Part shown: in pieces, positions 62,585 through 64,000 of the stretch
Numbering within the stretch: position 1 is the first letter of the stretch
How the letters are laid out: the number at the start of each line of letters is the position of its first letter
Origin: an uncultured Gammaproteobacteria bacterium
GTDB lineage: Bacteria; Pseudomonadota; Gammaproteobacteria; JAJDYQ01
Length of the DNA: 64,000 nt
Reading direction: 5' to 3'
Assembly: GCA_942491945.1 (NCBI GenBank)
Contig: CALODD010000037.1
Coordinates: 67,500-131,499, forward strand
Translations under genes and position numbers: made by a program
The notes under the pieces: generated by a model
Databases searched by the model: none
Seen by the model: the letters and a program-made list of their open reading frames with translations, nothing else
Told to the model about the DNA's origin: nothing

Positions 62585-62661
62585 GGTAATTGCATTCCCC
62601 CATATACGAATATGACTGGTTTTTAGGGTGCAGTCATAGGCATAATCCGCGTTTTCGTTAG

Positions 62662-63333
<672 letters not shown>

Positions 63334-63349
63334 TCAAACTAAAGTACTA

Positions 63350-63380
63350 AAAAAGCCGGGACATGTTCCCGGCTTTTTTA
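63350..63380 (+). terminator. Rho-independent terminator downstream of adk
   Basis: aaaaaagccgggacatgttcccggctttttta. Confidence 0.8.
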
Positions 63381-63466
63381 TGCCTGCCATCTATACCCCG
63401 TTGGGTATTTACGACACGTTCCTCATTGGTAAACTCCTGATCATTCAAGTTTTTTCAGGTACCGAT

Positions 63467-63691
63467 ATGCCTTATTACGTTTACAAACTATTCCCGAATC
63501 GTACGTGTGAGCACGTCAACGATTTCGAGAGCTACAAGGAAGCCCGCGAACTGGCACGCGAAACTCGTGCTAATGTCACCGTGCAGGACAATTGCAATGT
63601 CAAAGTCGTGTTTGCCAAAGACAGTAAGGAAGCTGAAACGCTAATTCTGACACCTCGTGAACGCCCTATCCTCATGGAGCACGAGAAGTAA
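63467..63691 (+). CDS. Small hypothetical protein (74 aa)
   Basis: ATG just after the adk terminator. The longer 63242 start is rejected because it overlaps adk and the terminator. Confidence 0.35.
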   Translation: MPYYVYKLFPNRTCEHVNDFESYKEARELARETRANVTVQDNCNVKVVFAKDSKEAETLILTPRERPILMEHEK

Positions 63692-63703
63692 GACCGCAAT
63701 ACG

Positions 63704-64000
63704 ATGGAAGAAAACGAATACCGATCGACCTATAACGAGGTTAATCAGATTCGATGCGCCTTCGAAAAGGCCATATTGTCACGCCGTTGTAGCTGTAGTC
63801 AGTCGCATAAATTCTGTCTTGCGGAACGCGAAGGTGTTTCCTGCCAGTCCGCTCTGAAACAGGAACGCTGTCAAACTTTCCTGAAGGCCGCACGCGAGAA
63901 GGCCCTGTTTGTCTTTAAGCTCACTCAGTTTGATGGCGTACTACCCCATGCCAAGGAAATACGCGTGCAGATCGGTAGCTTGTCAGGCCTTGCTGAAAGC
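63704..64000 (+). CDS. Cys-rich protein (DUF1289-like putative Fe-S protein), 3'-partial
   Basis: ATG 63704. C-x-x-x-C.. C-x-C Cys pattern. The frame is open to the window end. Confidence 0.3.
   Translation, partial: MEENEYRSTYNEVNQIRCAFEKAILSRRCSCSQSHKFCLAEREGVSCQSALKQERCQTFLKAAREKALFVFKLTQFDGVLPHAKEIRVQIGSLSGLAES

Overview
This 64-kb window is a chromosomal segment of a gammaproteobacterium with roughly mid-40s % GC. Housekeeping synteny is partly E. coli- or Pseudomonas-like. The asmA-mutY-yggX order is present. The order uvrC, pgsA, tRNA-Gly, tRNA-Cys, tRNA-Leu (minus strand, coordinates 53469 down to 50589) matches E. coli uvrC-pgsA-glyW-cysT-leuZ. The thiS-thiG-trmB cluster is also present. 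A phosphoribulokinase (prk/cbbP), an SQR-like flavoprotein and a class I cytochrome c suggest a chemolithoautotrophic or sulfur-oxidising lifestyle.

The accessory content is rich.
- Two related tRNA-linked integrative elements carry paralogous tyrosine integrases. A partial element with a Rep_trans initiator and a frameshifted integrase lies next to tRNA-Phe. A complete ~6.1-kb low-GC island with 58-60-bp direct repeats lies in tRNA-Leu. Its cargo is unknown: an Abi-like membrane protein, two RHH paralogs, a 290-aa orphan, and a 351-aa plus 4-TM 171-aa gene pair.
- Five Hanks-type Ser/Thr kinases sit in the first 37 kb. Three have N-terminal receiver-like domains and one has HEAT repeats. One is wedged between mutY and yggX and is translationally coupled to mutY.
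- An uncharacterised minus-strand locus lies between cysS and thiSG. It contains a TPR plus beta-barrel OMP (Slam/DUF560-like) and a Gly-rich secreted protein. Two PaaK/F390-synthetase-like adenylate-forming enzymes bracket an NPP/alkaline-phosphatase-family enzyme, all translationally coupled. A third PaaK paralog, an FkbM methyltransferase and a GT2 glycosyltransferase flank them.

Other features are a GGDEF cyclase, a REC plus degenerate GGDEF protein, an orphan MerB-like lyase, a LuxR-type AHL-receptor solo and a UDG family 4 gene in the uvrY position. The integrase, the FIST-domain gene and uvrC (at least four times) are disrupted by +1 insertions in homopolymer runs. These are most likely sequencing indels but could be real pseudogenes. 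No CRISPR array or rRNA was seen.
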